Assembly: GCA_003971905.1 (NCBI GenBank)
Contig: RSEE01000012.1
Span: forward strand, 248,001-312,000
Reading direction: 5' to 3'
Source: Moniliella sp. 'wahieum'
Lineage: Eukaryota
Length of the DNA stretch: 64,000 nt
Below the pieces are notes generated by a model. That model made no database searches. It was not told the DNA's origin and saw only the letters and a program-made list of their open reading frames with translations. Both the position numbers and the translations under genes were made by a program. Within the stretch, counting starts at the first letter, position 1. Every line of letters starts with the position of its first letter. Positions 48,321-59,148 of this stretch are shown here, one piece after another.

Positions 48321-49357
48321 GGGGGAGGCAGCCCAGGGGGAGGCGAACGGGGGGGCGCAGGCGGAGGAGCTCGCGAGAGAGAGGGAGAGGGGAGAGGCAG
48401 ATGGGATGGGATGGGGTGGGCTGTCTGTCTGTCTGTCTTCCTGCGATAGCCTGCGGCCCTATTCACTGCCTAGCCTCCTGGCCCCGCCAGCCAGAGCCCC
48501 AGAGCCAGCGCCAGGCAAACGACGGGCGGCTTGAAACTTTTGGGCGTCTCTCTCCTGCGGATGGACGCATGCATGATGCATGATGCATGCCATGGGTGAT
48601 CAGCTGATCTCCGGACGCCGGGGGAAACCATCCACCTGCCCACAGTGTCCCAGTGCGGCCCCCCGCCGCAGCCCCAAAAACGCTGCGCCTCGGCAAGCTG
48701 GGCGAGTACGCTGCCGGGAACCGGACATCGATACTCGAAAACTGCCCCTCAGGCCTGACCGCCTGACCTCAGGCCTCACCCGCTTCCAAACCGGCAAGCT
48801 CCCCTCTCCCGCCTCGTCTTCTTCTGCGCACGGCCCGCTCGCCTAGCGACTGGCCCGCCGATGAACGAGTGCTAATACGACGTGCCTCACCCTCCAGGCC
48901 TCCGGCCCCAGAGCCACCAGGGACAGACAGCTTGGCCTGACCACCTGAGCATCCCCAACATCCACATTGGTGCGGCGGCCTCAATAACCTTCTCTGGCCA
49001 AACCAAGCGACCCACCCCGCCCGCACTTGACCGAGGCTCGGGGGCGAGACGAAAGCATGCGTCCTCTCGGTGGTCGGCTTGGCAATCTTCCCTGTGCCTC
49101 TCTCTGGTTTCCAGGCCTACCCGGCGCTAACCGCTACCAGCCACCCGCTAAGCGGTACCACCTTACCTGCGGCTGACGCTTATTATTAACCCGGAAAAAA
49201 AAATCAATTAGTGCAAAAAAAATCACCCTCTCACACACCCACACGTGGCCAAGATAGAATCTGTGTGAAAGTTGAAACTGCCGTTGCCGCCCGGTCTGCC
49301 TTCTTCTTTTCCACACCACCTTCTCCCAGTTTTCCTCCTCCTCTGCTTTCCCTCACC

Positions 49358-50509
49358 ATGACTGGCGGTAACTTTGAATTCGTTGCTATGGGCAACCCCC
49401 TGCTTGACATGCAGCTGCGAGATGGCGAGAAGGTGCTGGAAAAGTACTCGCTCAAGGCCAACGATGCGATTCTGGTCGCGCCCGAGCAAGAGAGCATCTA
49501 CGACTATGTCAAGGAGCACTACAAGATCAACTATGTGGCCGGTGGTGCGGCAGAACGCCGCGCGTGCTGCCCAGTACATTCTCCCGCCAAGACGACGGCC
49601 TACATTGGCTGTGTGGGGAAGGACGACTTGGCTGACCAACTGCGTGCGGCCAATGCCAAGGAAGGCCTCGAGTCGGCTTACCAGGTGGTGGAGGACACGC
49701 CGACGGGTTCGTGCGCCGTCGTGCTCACCGGCACGGACCGCTCGCTTGTTACCCGCCTCGGTGCCGCGGAGAAGTTCTCTCCGTCCCACTTGGCCAAGCC
49801 GGAGATTCAATCCCTGCTCGAGGGCGCCAAGATGTTCTACCTCGGTGGTTTCTTCCTCACCCATGGCGAGGAGAGTGCACTCACGATGGCCAAGGTGGCG
49901 CTGAAGAACAAGGTGGTACGTATGCGATTTCCAGCGTTGCTTCCTAGAACGGTGGTGCTAACCACAGTGTCTGTGCGATTGTCCTTTCTTCCTGTCCTTG
50001 CCGTTTGTGCGCTGCAGCCGTTTACGATGAACCTGTCGGCGCCGTTTATCCCGCAGTTCTTCACCAAGCAGGTGGATGCGCTGATCCCGTACGTGTCGGT
50101 GCTGTTTGGCAACGAGACGGAGTTTGAGGCGTACGCACAGGCGCACAACCTGCCCGCGGGCTCGACGTTGGCGCAGATTGCCCAGCACATTGCCGACTTG
50201 CCGACCGAGTTTGATTCGGCCGAGGCGTCGCCGCTGCGCCGCCTCGTCATCTGCACCCACGGTTCCGAGCCGACGATCGTTGCCCAGCAGGGCCACACGT
50301 CGCAGCTCACCATTCCGACCGAGCAGGTGGCAAAGGCCGACATTGTCGACACGAACGGGGCCGGGGATGCGTTTGCGGGCGGTGCGCTGGCGGCGCTGCT
50401 GCTGGGCAAGTCGGTGCCGGAGGCGGTGAAGGCGGGCCAGGCGCTGGGTCGGATGTGCATTGGGCAGGACGGCCCGCAGCTCAAGTTCCCCAAGGAACAG
50501 GTGCTGTAA
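49358..50509 (+). CDS. ADO1: Adenosine kinase
   Basis: MGNPLLDM, LKANDAIL, YVAGGAAQNAAR (frameshifted), YIGCVGKD, PTGSCAV, NLSAPFIPQFF, LFGNETE, IVDTNGAGDAFAGG (PfkB signature). Intron 49916-50017. Confidence 0.96.
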   Translation: MTGGNFEFVAMGNPLLDMQLRDGEKVLEKYSLKANDAILVAPEQESIYDYVKEHYKINYVAGGAAERRACCPVHSPAKTTAYIGCVGKDDLADQLRAANAKEGLESAYQVVEDTPTGSCAVVLTGTDRSLVTRLGAAEKFSPSHLAKPEIQSLLEGAKMFYLGGFFLTHGEESALTMAKVALKNKVVRMRFPALLPRTVVLTTVSVRLSFLPVLAVCALQPFTMNLSAPFIPQFFTKQVDALIPYVSVLFGNETEFEAYAQAHNLPAGSTLAQIAQHIADLPTEFDSAEASPLRRLVICTHGSEPTIVAQQGHTSQLTIPTEQVAKADIVDTNGAGDAFAGGALAALLLGKSVPEAVKAGQALGRMCIGQDGPQLKFPKEQVL

Positions 50510-51257
50510 GGCGCGGGCGCAATGTGTGCTCTCCTCCCCTGTTGCTGCTTTGACTCTCGATGGACTCAACCTCCATGCCCGGCTGTGAGCCGACGACATA
50601 TTCTGTACTGCATTCACCACTGCACCCGTTTTCGCTGGGCCTGGGAGTGGGTAGGAGGTAGCGCGTAGGGCGAAGGACACGCGAAGCCTGATTAATGGCT
50701 GGGGGGGGAAAAGGCGATTGAAGGTTGAACGTTGGTACGTTGTTGAACGTTTGAACTGTGGTTGAACGTGGGAGACGGCGTGGGAAGGGGGGGCCGGGGG
50801 CCAGTGCAGCTGAGGGCGCCGCCGCACGCGGGCAGTGCCCCGATCAGCAGCGCCACAAGCGATGGCAGGCAGCCGAGCAGTGTGGGCGAGCAGTGCAGCT
50901 GCAGGCGCGCATGGCCCCGCCGCAGCCCACACCGCATGGGGGCAGTGGCGGGGCGCCCAGCATTAGGCAGCGCACTAGGCTGCATCGCACGCCATCATGC
51001 ATCATGCATCGCATGTCACACATGTCACATGCCTCTGCCTGTGCGATCGAATGCACCCACTCTGGCACCCCACCCGTCCGCATCATGCATCCCCCTCGTC
51101 CAGCCCAGAATCATCGGCATCATCCGTCTGCACACCTGGGTTAGGTGCTGGTGCGCACTGCTGCGGCCAGCGCCGTCGCCCACACGCACAACACCGCCTG
51201 CGCTCCTCCACACCCCTCAGCGCCATCGCCCCCAGCGCCTCCCCGGGCTCTGGCCGC

Positions 51258-53304
51258 ATGCCCCCCCTGTCCTCCGTCAACACCGTCCCGCCCTGGGCCC
51301 TGGCTGCCGACCAGGCCGCCGACGACATCGACCTCGCCCCCGACACGCCCAGCGCCCCCCCCTGCGCGCCCCCCCGCCCCCCGCCGACCCCACCAGCTCA
51401 GGCCACTACTCCTTCCGCCCCTCCTCCGCCGCCGCCGCCGCTGACCCCGACCCCGCCTTCGCCATCCCCCGCACCCAGTCCCCGAGCCCAATCCAGCCCC
51501 CCCACCCCCCGCCTCCCCGACCCCGCCCCCGAGCATGCTGTCTCGTCCCCTTACCCCCACCGCTCCTCCACCGGCCCCCCGAACCAGCTTTCATCCACCT
51601 CCTCCCCCACCCCGCCCGCCCGTACGACAGAGGCTGCACCGCCTCCGCCAAAGGCTCAGCGAGTACCACGCCGCCGACGACTCGAGCGCAGTCAGCGACG
51701 ACTACGATCCCAACTACGAGGACATTTCCGACGATGAGATCCACGAGCCGCGCGCGTCGTCCCACCGCCGCGCGCATGGCATGTCCCATGTGTCCAGTAC
51801 CCGGCCCATTGACCGTTCCCGGTCGCTGGACCAGAATCGGTTTACCTGGGACAAGGACGAGTGGCTGACGGCCACCTTGCGCATGTCGCCCGCCGAACGA
51901 AGACGATTGGGCCATGAGATCCGCAATGCCTTGGCCAATTCTGGTTCGTACTGGGCCAAGCGACGGCAGCGCAAAAAGTTGCGACAGCAAATGCGCGCCG
52001 GAGGCGGCACGAGCGATCCCAACGATAGTTTCCAGCCTATGAACTTGGCCATTGAAGCAGCTCACACGTTTGGTTCCAAAGCATTTACCGGACGTGAGCC
52101 ACCCAAGTACACCCGTTCTCGACCTGTCCCGCTCGAACCAATTCAACACCCTGACGCACCCATGCTCGCTACCCTCCCGCCCCGCCTCCCTGCTTCCGAT
52201 CGCCGTGCCCCTTCTTCCTCCCCCTTCGACCGATTGGAGGAGGAGGAGGAAGGGGCAGTGGGTCAGCCACGCTCCTCGGTCGAATCGCCCCGATGGGGGC
52301 CTGGCGACTCCCGTGTCCATCTGGCCCGAATGAGCGGGTTGCATATGGGACCGAGCCACGAGGAGGGGGAGCCAGAGTTGGTCCACGAACGCTTTTCGGA
52401 AAAGAATGTGTACACACGTCGTCAAGCCAGCGACGAAAAGTGGAACACGCCCTGGCAACCACAAATGAACGAGGGCATCTCGCGATCCAACACGGGCTGG
52501 TCTTCTCACCAAGACGGCAGGTTCCCGCTGCATTGGATGCGTCACCATGGCTGGGGCGGCGGCGATGACGAGACGGGGTTCGGGTATGGGTATGGGCAAA
52601 AAAAGAAAAAGGGACGGGGTCGATTGACGTCTTGGGCGTGGTGGCGTGGCTTTTTGTTGCACAATCCATTTGCCCCGCTCTTTATCCGCTCGATCAACTT
52701 GGTGATTACCACGAGCACCTTGGCTGTCGCCACGCGCGAACGGCAAACTCTGCACGCCGAAGGGGTAGAGACAATTGTCGGTGTCAGTCCGTTGCTCGGC
52801 ATCATCTTTGCTCCCCTCACGCTCGCCCACATTTTCTTTCAAGTTTGGCTCGAGTACTTTGGTCGACCGATTGGGCTCTGGAGCGTACGGTCCAAATTGT
52901 TTGGCACCAGCATTGAGATCATCTTTGTTGGTATGTGGTCCGCCGAGATGGCACTAGCCTGGGATAACTACTTCACCACCCCCAGTAGAGAGTTGCCTCC
53001 GCACCGGCGCGGTTATATTCGACGTCTCCAGTGCTTTCTTATCGGTCTTTCCTTCATCAGCTTGTTCACCTACATGATCACCCTAATCGTACGTCCCTTA
53101 GATCCTTCTCCTCTTCCTCTTCCTCTTCCTCTTCCTCTTCCTCTTCCTCTTCCTCTTCCTCTTCCCTTCTTCCCGACCTGTCTCCGCTGCGGTACGGCAC
53201 CTGGAGCAGCTCGAACTGCACTGACGAACGTCTGTTGTCTCCAGCTGAGTCTCTTCCGCATCTTTGTCCGCGTCTCGGGTGGTTCTACCTCCGACGCGCA
53301 TTGA
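51258..53304 (+). CDS. SRF1: SRF1-like regulator of phospholipase D (C-terminal TM bundle)
   Basis: N-terminal SVNTVPPW; C-terminal FLLHNPFAPLFIRSINL, SPLLGIIFAPLTLAHIFFQVWLEYFGRPIGLW, LAWDNYFT, ...LSLFRIFVRV. Intron 53089-53244. Confidence 0.72.
53111..53164. repeat. (CTCTTC)9 hexanucleotide repeat inside the SRF1 intron
   Basis: Read directly from the sequence. Confidence 0.92.
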
Positions 53305-54253
53305 ATATCGAATCTCGATGCCAATCCGTCCGGTTGGTCCATTCTTTTCCAGGCTCGGGCCCCATCGCATCTGCATCAGTGCGCTTCTCGTGCAGACCAT
53401 TCTCTTTTTTGCTCCTTATTTCATCAGTCATCCCTGGGTCCTTCCCCCCACGCTCACTTATCCTTCCTCCCAGCACGTACGTACGTCCTGCAGGGGCGGT
53501 ACACTCTATTCTATTCTTTGCCTGCGCATGCACATCCCGGCATGCCGTGGAGTCCCATCATACTGTGCATACTGTGCATACTGCGCAGACCACAGACGTA
53601 TACCAGCATGATGCATGCCTCGACCGCTCTGTCCAGCGAGCAGTAAGCAAAAGTAGACGGAGTCCTGAATACTGAGTACTGATGAAGAGATCGCTGACCA
53701 CATCCGCTCTGGTCGGGGAGGGACCCGCACAGGCCCAATCATGAATCACATCACGCTAGGATCGCCGGGGAGGGGGAGCGGCTGCGCTCCCGTGGATGCC
53801 GTAGGCAGTACAGTTCGGATCGGGATCACGCAGATTCCGGCTCTTCCTCCTAGGGGTATACAGGGGGATGGGGAGTAAGTGGATGTGGTGGTGTGGTGGA
53901 GTCGGGCTATCGCAATGTGAAGGATGAAGAATCGATGGAGGCGCCAAGCTAAGCGTGGCGGCAGTAGCACTGGGCTTTTCTTGGGGCTGCAAGACGTGCT
54001 TGGTTGACTTAAGTGGACAAATGTCACGCGTTGGCTGTGCACTGAGCTTGAGCGTTCAGATTTCCGCGCACTAGTCCTGGGTGCTGCACTGGGGGTGCTT
54101 ATCAGTCCTGCTGTCTGTTAATCGACACTCTGGGCGACAGATCAATCACCTGGGCTGACGCCATCAGCCCAGCTCTCTGTTGCACCTATATCAACCCGCC
54201 TCGGCCACCCCGCCCATGTGCCCATATCCCCCTCACCCCCTGGCTCCCACACC

Positions 54254-55903
54254 ATGGTGACACTACCTCGCTCCGCCTCCTCCTCCGCCTTCCCCACCCC
54301 TCCCGCCAGGCTGCCAGCAACGCAAGATCAGCCGGCCGCCGTAGTCAGTGCTGCCGGTCCTGCCCACATTCATGCATCCTCGTGTGCGGACGAGACGGAG
54401 CCACTGCTGCCATCCCCGTTCCACAGTTCCCTCTCCCCTCCCCACCTGGGGCTGGCCAGCCCCTACGGCACCACCACTCCAACATCACGCTCCACAGTCT
54501 TGCGTCGCACTCCGCCTCGGACCCCGCCGAGCTGGACACGGTGAGCGACGATGGCGCATACGACCGGCCCAGCGATCCCGGCGATCCCGGCGACTTGGAG
54601 GTCCTTGGAGCAGGCGCAAGGGTCCGGTCTCGATCCACGGGTCCAGGTGGGAGTGGTGGGAGTGGTGAGGGGGTGGCAGTCGGGCGAGCCGGGGGGCGAA
54701 AAGCGGGTGCGATACGCGGCTCGGGACGCGGCTGGCCCGACCAAGCCGCCTGCGCCTACCGGATCGTTCACGGGCTGGCTGGTGCGTTCCGAGGGGATTC
54801 TGTTATCGGCGTTGGGGCAAATGCTGTACGCGTGCATTGCGTTCTTTTTCAAGCTGATCAACAGCCGCGAGGGGGCCGAGCCAATTAGTGCCAACCAAGC
54901 CGTGTTGGTACGCATGTCGATTACCTGGCTCTGTTGTACCCTGCATCTACTGTGGAATCGGGATCCGCACCCTTTGCTCGGTCCGCCGCACGTGCGCGGT
55001 CTGCTTGTTCTCCGTGGGTTTTCAGGCTTCTTTGGCGTGTGGGGACTGTACAGTGCGTTGCAGTACCTCGATTTGACCGACGCTACCGTCGTCACCTTTC
55101 TTTCGCCCATCACGACGGCGATTGGAGGTGCGTTGTTTTTGGGGGAACGGTTTGTGGCCCAAGAAGGTCTGGCGGCATCACCAGCTTGGTCGGCGTCGTC
55201 ATCATAGCCCGTCCGCCCTTCTTGTTTGGTCGGCAAGGAACCACAGTGGGGTCCGGTTCCACGCTGCCCGCCAACGCGTCTGCCCCCGCCTCGGCCGAAC
55301 CCGTGTCTCGGTCTTCACCTCTACGGTGGTTGTCTCCCCACGGCCAAAATACAGCGATCCTGTCTTCTCTCGGGTTTCACTCTGCCACCACCGACGCGAC
55401 CGATGAACAACGCGCCCTGGCCATCTGGTACGTGTCCCGGCCCTGCATCGCAACGTAGACTACTGACGGACCTACTCTGCTTACTCTGCTTTCCACAGTG
55501 CGTTGCTATTGGGCGTCCTGGGCTCTTCAACGGCGTACCTTGCCATCCGCAAGATTGGACGAAGGGCTTCGGCTGCGCATAGTGTCAGTTACTTTTCGCT
55601 GTGGTCGACACTTGTTTCGGCGGGCGCAATGTGGGTGGAGGGGCAAACGTTCGTTGTGCCCGAGGCCGGGTGGGTGGTGGCCGTGTTGGTCCTGATTGGC
55701 TTTTTTGGCTTTTTTGGCCAATTCTTTGCTGCGATGGGCTTGCAGCGCACAGCGGCGGCAAAGCCGCCGCAGCCAGTTACCTCCAAATCGTCTTTGCTAC
55801 GTTTTTTCAACTCGCCTTTCTTCATGTTGCCATCCCCCCCCTCAGCCTCCTGGGCTCGGCCATCATTATCGTTTCGGCCGTCTGGGTGAGCTTGATCAAG
55901 TAA
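54254..55903 (+). CDS. EamA/DMT-family membrane transporter
   Basis: Hydrophobic segments: VRMSITWLCC, PLLGPPHVRGLLVLRGFSGFFGVWGLYSALQYLDLTDATVVTFLSP, ITSLVGVVIIARPPFLFG, YLAIRKIGRRASAAHSVSYFS, SYLQIVFATFFQ. Intron ~55428-55497. Confidence 0.85.
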
Positions 55904-56608
55904 CCTCCACCGCCTCCCATCCCGCAACCAATCGGCCACTAGGCTGCATAGTTGTGTACATTAACGTGATCACGGTCCCTACCCTGGCATGTAGTCTTCC
56001 CATTAGTTCCCCGGTTTGTGCGGCGTGACAAAGAGATACTAGCCGGATGCATGTCCGTCCACAGCCCGTCGAATCGCCTTCCAAATAGAACCTGCAAAAC
56101 GATGTTTTGGTAAACTGCACGTAGCGATCCCACTATAGATAGAGATGGGTTGGGGCATGTTTATGCACGTGGCGTGGGGAAAGGAGAAGATGCGTGGTTC
56201 ATGGGGGGTGGTGTGCGTGAGAGATAGAGAGTGGCACTACCATGATCTGTAGGTCAGACTGATGTACACTGTTGTGGGACAACACACTTTTTCCTATGCC
56301 TTTTCAATATCTATCCGCCGGCCCCATGTATACTAGCCAAGCGCAACCGCGATGTCACAGCAATCATGCATCAACAGAGCAATATATATCCACAGTGGAC
56401 TCTCGTCCCATGATACCAGGTGGGAAGAGGGAGAGGGGAATTATGAAGGGATATCGAGGACCTTGGTGAGGGGCACCAAACGCCTAGAGGTGAGGGCGTT
56501 TTCCGCGGCATCCAGAACAGGGAGAGTGACATAAAGTCCGGGGTAGGGATCGAGGAAGAAAGGGATGGCGGAGGGAGGAATGAGGGACGAGGGGGAAGGG
56601 TAACCAGA

Positions 56609-58332
56609 TCACAAACGTTCTTCCGGTGGCCCCTTGTACACTTTGCGAGCGCCAATCGCATACCACACAGAGCCAGGGCCAAAAAGCCGACCAAGACGAC
56701 CGAGGCATAGTTCATGCTAGTCGGTGTGACGGGCAAGGCAGTGGGCATGGAAAACAGTACCAACTCAAACATGATCCAGGCCACTGCAATCCCGTTGACG
56801 CCCCAGCCAAGCCAGGAGGGCATGCGCACCTTGGCCTTGTTCACTTCGGTACGCTGGTGGCCCATGCTCATCACAATCGGCACGAGGTAGGCCAGTTGCA
56901 GTGCAATCACGCCCACTGAGACAAACGCGGTAAAGGCCGAGGTGGAACCCAAGTTGATCAACCCCAGCAGCGCCTGAACAATCGTGAGCAGTGCCAGTGA
57001 CTCGAGGGGGACATTGAGGGTAGGGTGAACCCGCTTCCACAACTTGCTCAGAGGCAGCGCATGGTCCCGTGCGAACGCCCAGGTGCACCGCGAGGCCGCT
57101 GTGGTAATACTGATTGAGCAGAACGCCGTCACGACGAGCACCAGCACAGTCAGCGCCAGGCCGCCGCCCGGGGTGCCCATGACACGGTAAAGATGTAGGG
57201 CAAAGCCTGTCCGCCCGAATCGTTAATAATGTCTTCGAGCGGAGGCATGGTGAAGCAGATGGGTAGAAACAAATACCAGCCAGCCAAAAAGCCAACTGGG
57301 ATGGCCAACGCAATCGCCCTCGGTAGCTGCACTTCGGGCTTGTGGGCAATCTCTTCGGCCATGCTGGTTGCCATGCCGATGGCACTGTAGGTATAGGCGG
57401 AAGGCAAAAGCCCAATGAACCTGTGTGCACAGCGCGGTAATTAGTACTCTACCCAGTCTCGTACCCAACGACCATAGCTAGCACAATTAAATGGACACGT
57501 ACCAAGTAAAACCGCCGTACCAGCTAAGGATTTGTCATAGTGCCCCAAGGCGTAGGCAGCAGAATGACGCCCCACATCGGCTTTGACCGAAAGGGCAATC
57601 AAGCAGACCACAATGGTAATCAGAGTAAACGCAGCGCAGCACGTGTCAGCCCAAGGAAGCCATTTGTTGCCAAGCGCACAGATGACAAACGCGCCGAGAG
57701 CACGTAGAAAATGAGCAACAGTTGCCAATCGCTCGCCGACCAGTCAGGGTGGTAGAGAGATACGGCAGCAGAAACCATCGAGGCAAGCCAAAGTTGACCG
57801 ATAGTGTGCTGGATGCAGGAAACAAGGACAAAAAAGTCAGAACATGCAGGTTTCCCCTAGAGACTGAATATAGAGCACTCTTACATGGTCCAGTTGCCGA
57901 CCAGCCATGCATAGCCGTTGATGTAGGTGAGAAGCACGCTCTTGTTCTTGGCCAGGTGGTGGGTCCAATAAGGTGGGCCAGCAGAGGTGGGCCATCGACT
58001 GGAAAGCTCAGCAAGACTAAGCGCGGTACATTCTTGCAGCACGCAATTGACAATCCAGCCTAAAAAGATGGACAGCTGTCCACCGCCGTAAATGGCGGAG
58101 AGCAAGGCACTGCCAATGCCATAGGGGATGGCAGCAATGGAGAGGGATTGGAAAAGAAGAGTAAACATGCTCGATTCGTAGCCAGATTGTGCTCCGCTTC
58201 GTATCCGTACACCCCTGGTACGTTCGGGTGACTCGCCGCATAGTCCTCCAACGTGGGAACTGCCTTGCCGTCGAACCGCTTCTCTTGGCCATCATAGGAG
58301 CCGCTGGTGGCAGACGCCTTGGTGTCTTCCAT
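56609..58332 (-). CDS. Amino-acid/polyamine permease (APC superfamily, GABA/choline ACT-like)
   Basis: SLSIAAIPYG..LLSAIYGGGQ, LSLAELSSRWPTSAG, INGYAWLVGNW, MAEEIAHKPEVQLPRAI, TAASRCTWAFARDHALP, LINLGSTSAFTAF, MNYASVVLVGF, KGPPEERL*. Two probable introns. Confidence 0.9.
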
Positions 58333-59148
58333 CGTTCTGCGGTGTGTGGGGGGAGTGGTGGTGGCGGTGGTGGTGGTGGTGGAAAAAAGAATGTGGAGTC
58401 GAGCCAAGTATACACGGAGAAGAAGCCATCCATTCATTCATAGTTTTTCGGCAGTTACATATCCTCAAAAGCAGGAGATTCGAGCTGGAAACAGATATAG
58501 GTTTTGCCGGTTGTTGCTGCTGCTAACGGTCAAATAAGGCAATCAATAGACTCGGCGGTTGGGGCGCCAAGGTGGACTGAATAGAGTGTAGCTCCAGTGC
58601 TTCAAGTTTCACCCTCGCCCTCGCTCAGATTCTTCGAGTGGCCTACTGGCGCACCTGGTCGTCCCCTCCGTGCCTGTCATGGACAGGCACCTGGTGGGGC
58701 GTCGTGTTAGCCCGTCCTGCGTGCCTCTGTCGATTCCATATCTCGCCGCACGCCTCTGTTGGTTAATGATTGCCAACAGGCATCAGTACTGAGTGTACTC
58801 AGTTGGGTACTGAGACTGGGTACTGAATACTGAGTCACTCTACTCAGTTCCGCGTTGCGCTTGAGTCCAGCCTCAAGTCTCGAGACAACGGAGGCGTATC
58901 GCCGACAATCGGTAATCGATAAGCCCAAGGAGGGCGGTCAGCACGGTGCCAGTGTCACCGCGCTTGCGTGGAGAGAGATAATCGATAACGTCGATAACGA
59001 TTAAGTTATCGCTACGATCTATCAAAGGATGCGGTGATGCATGTGTGACGGGCAACTAGTACCTAGGAATGCAAGCAATGCACAACGGGTGCCAGTTCAC
59101 GTGATGACCAGGACCACTGCTAAGTCACAACATTCGAACGCGCGAAAG

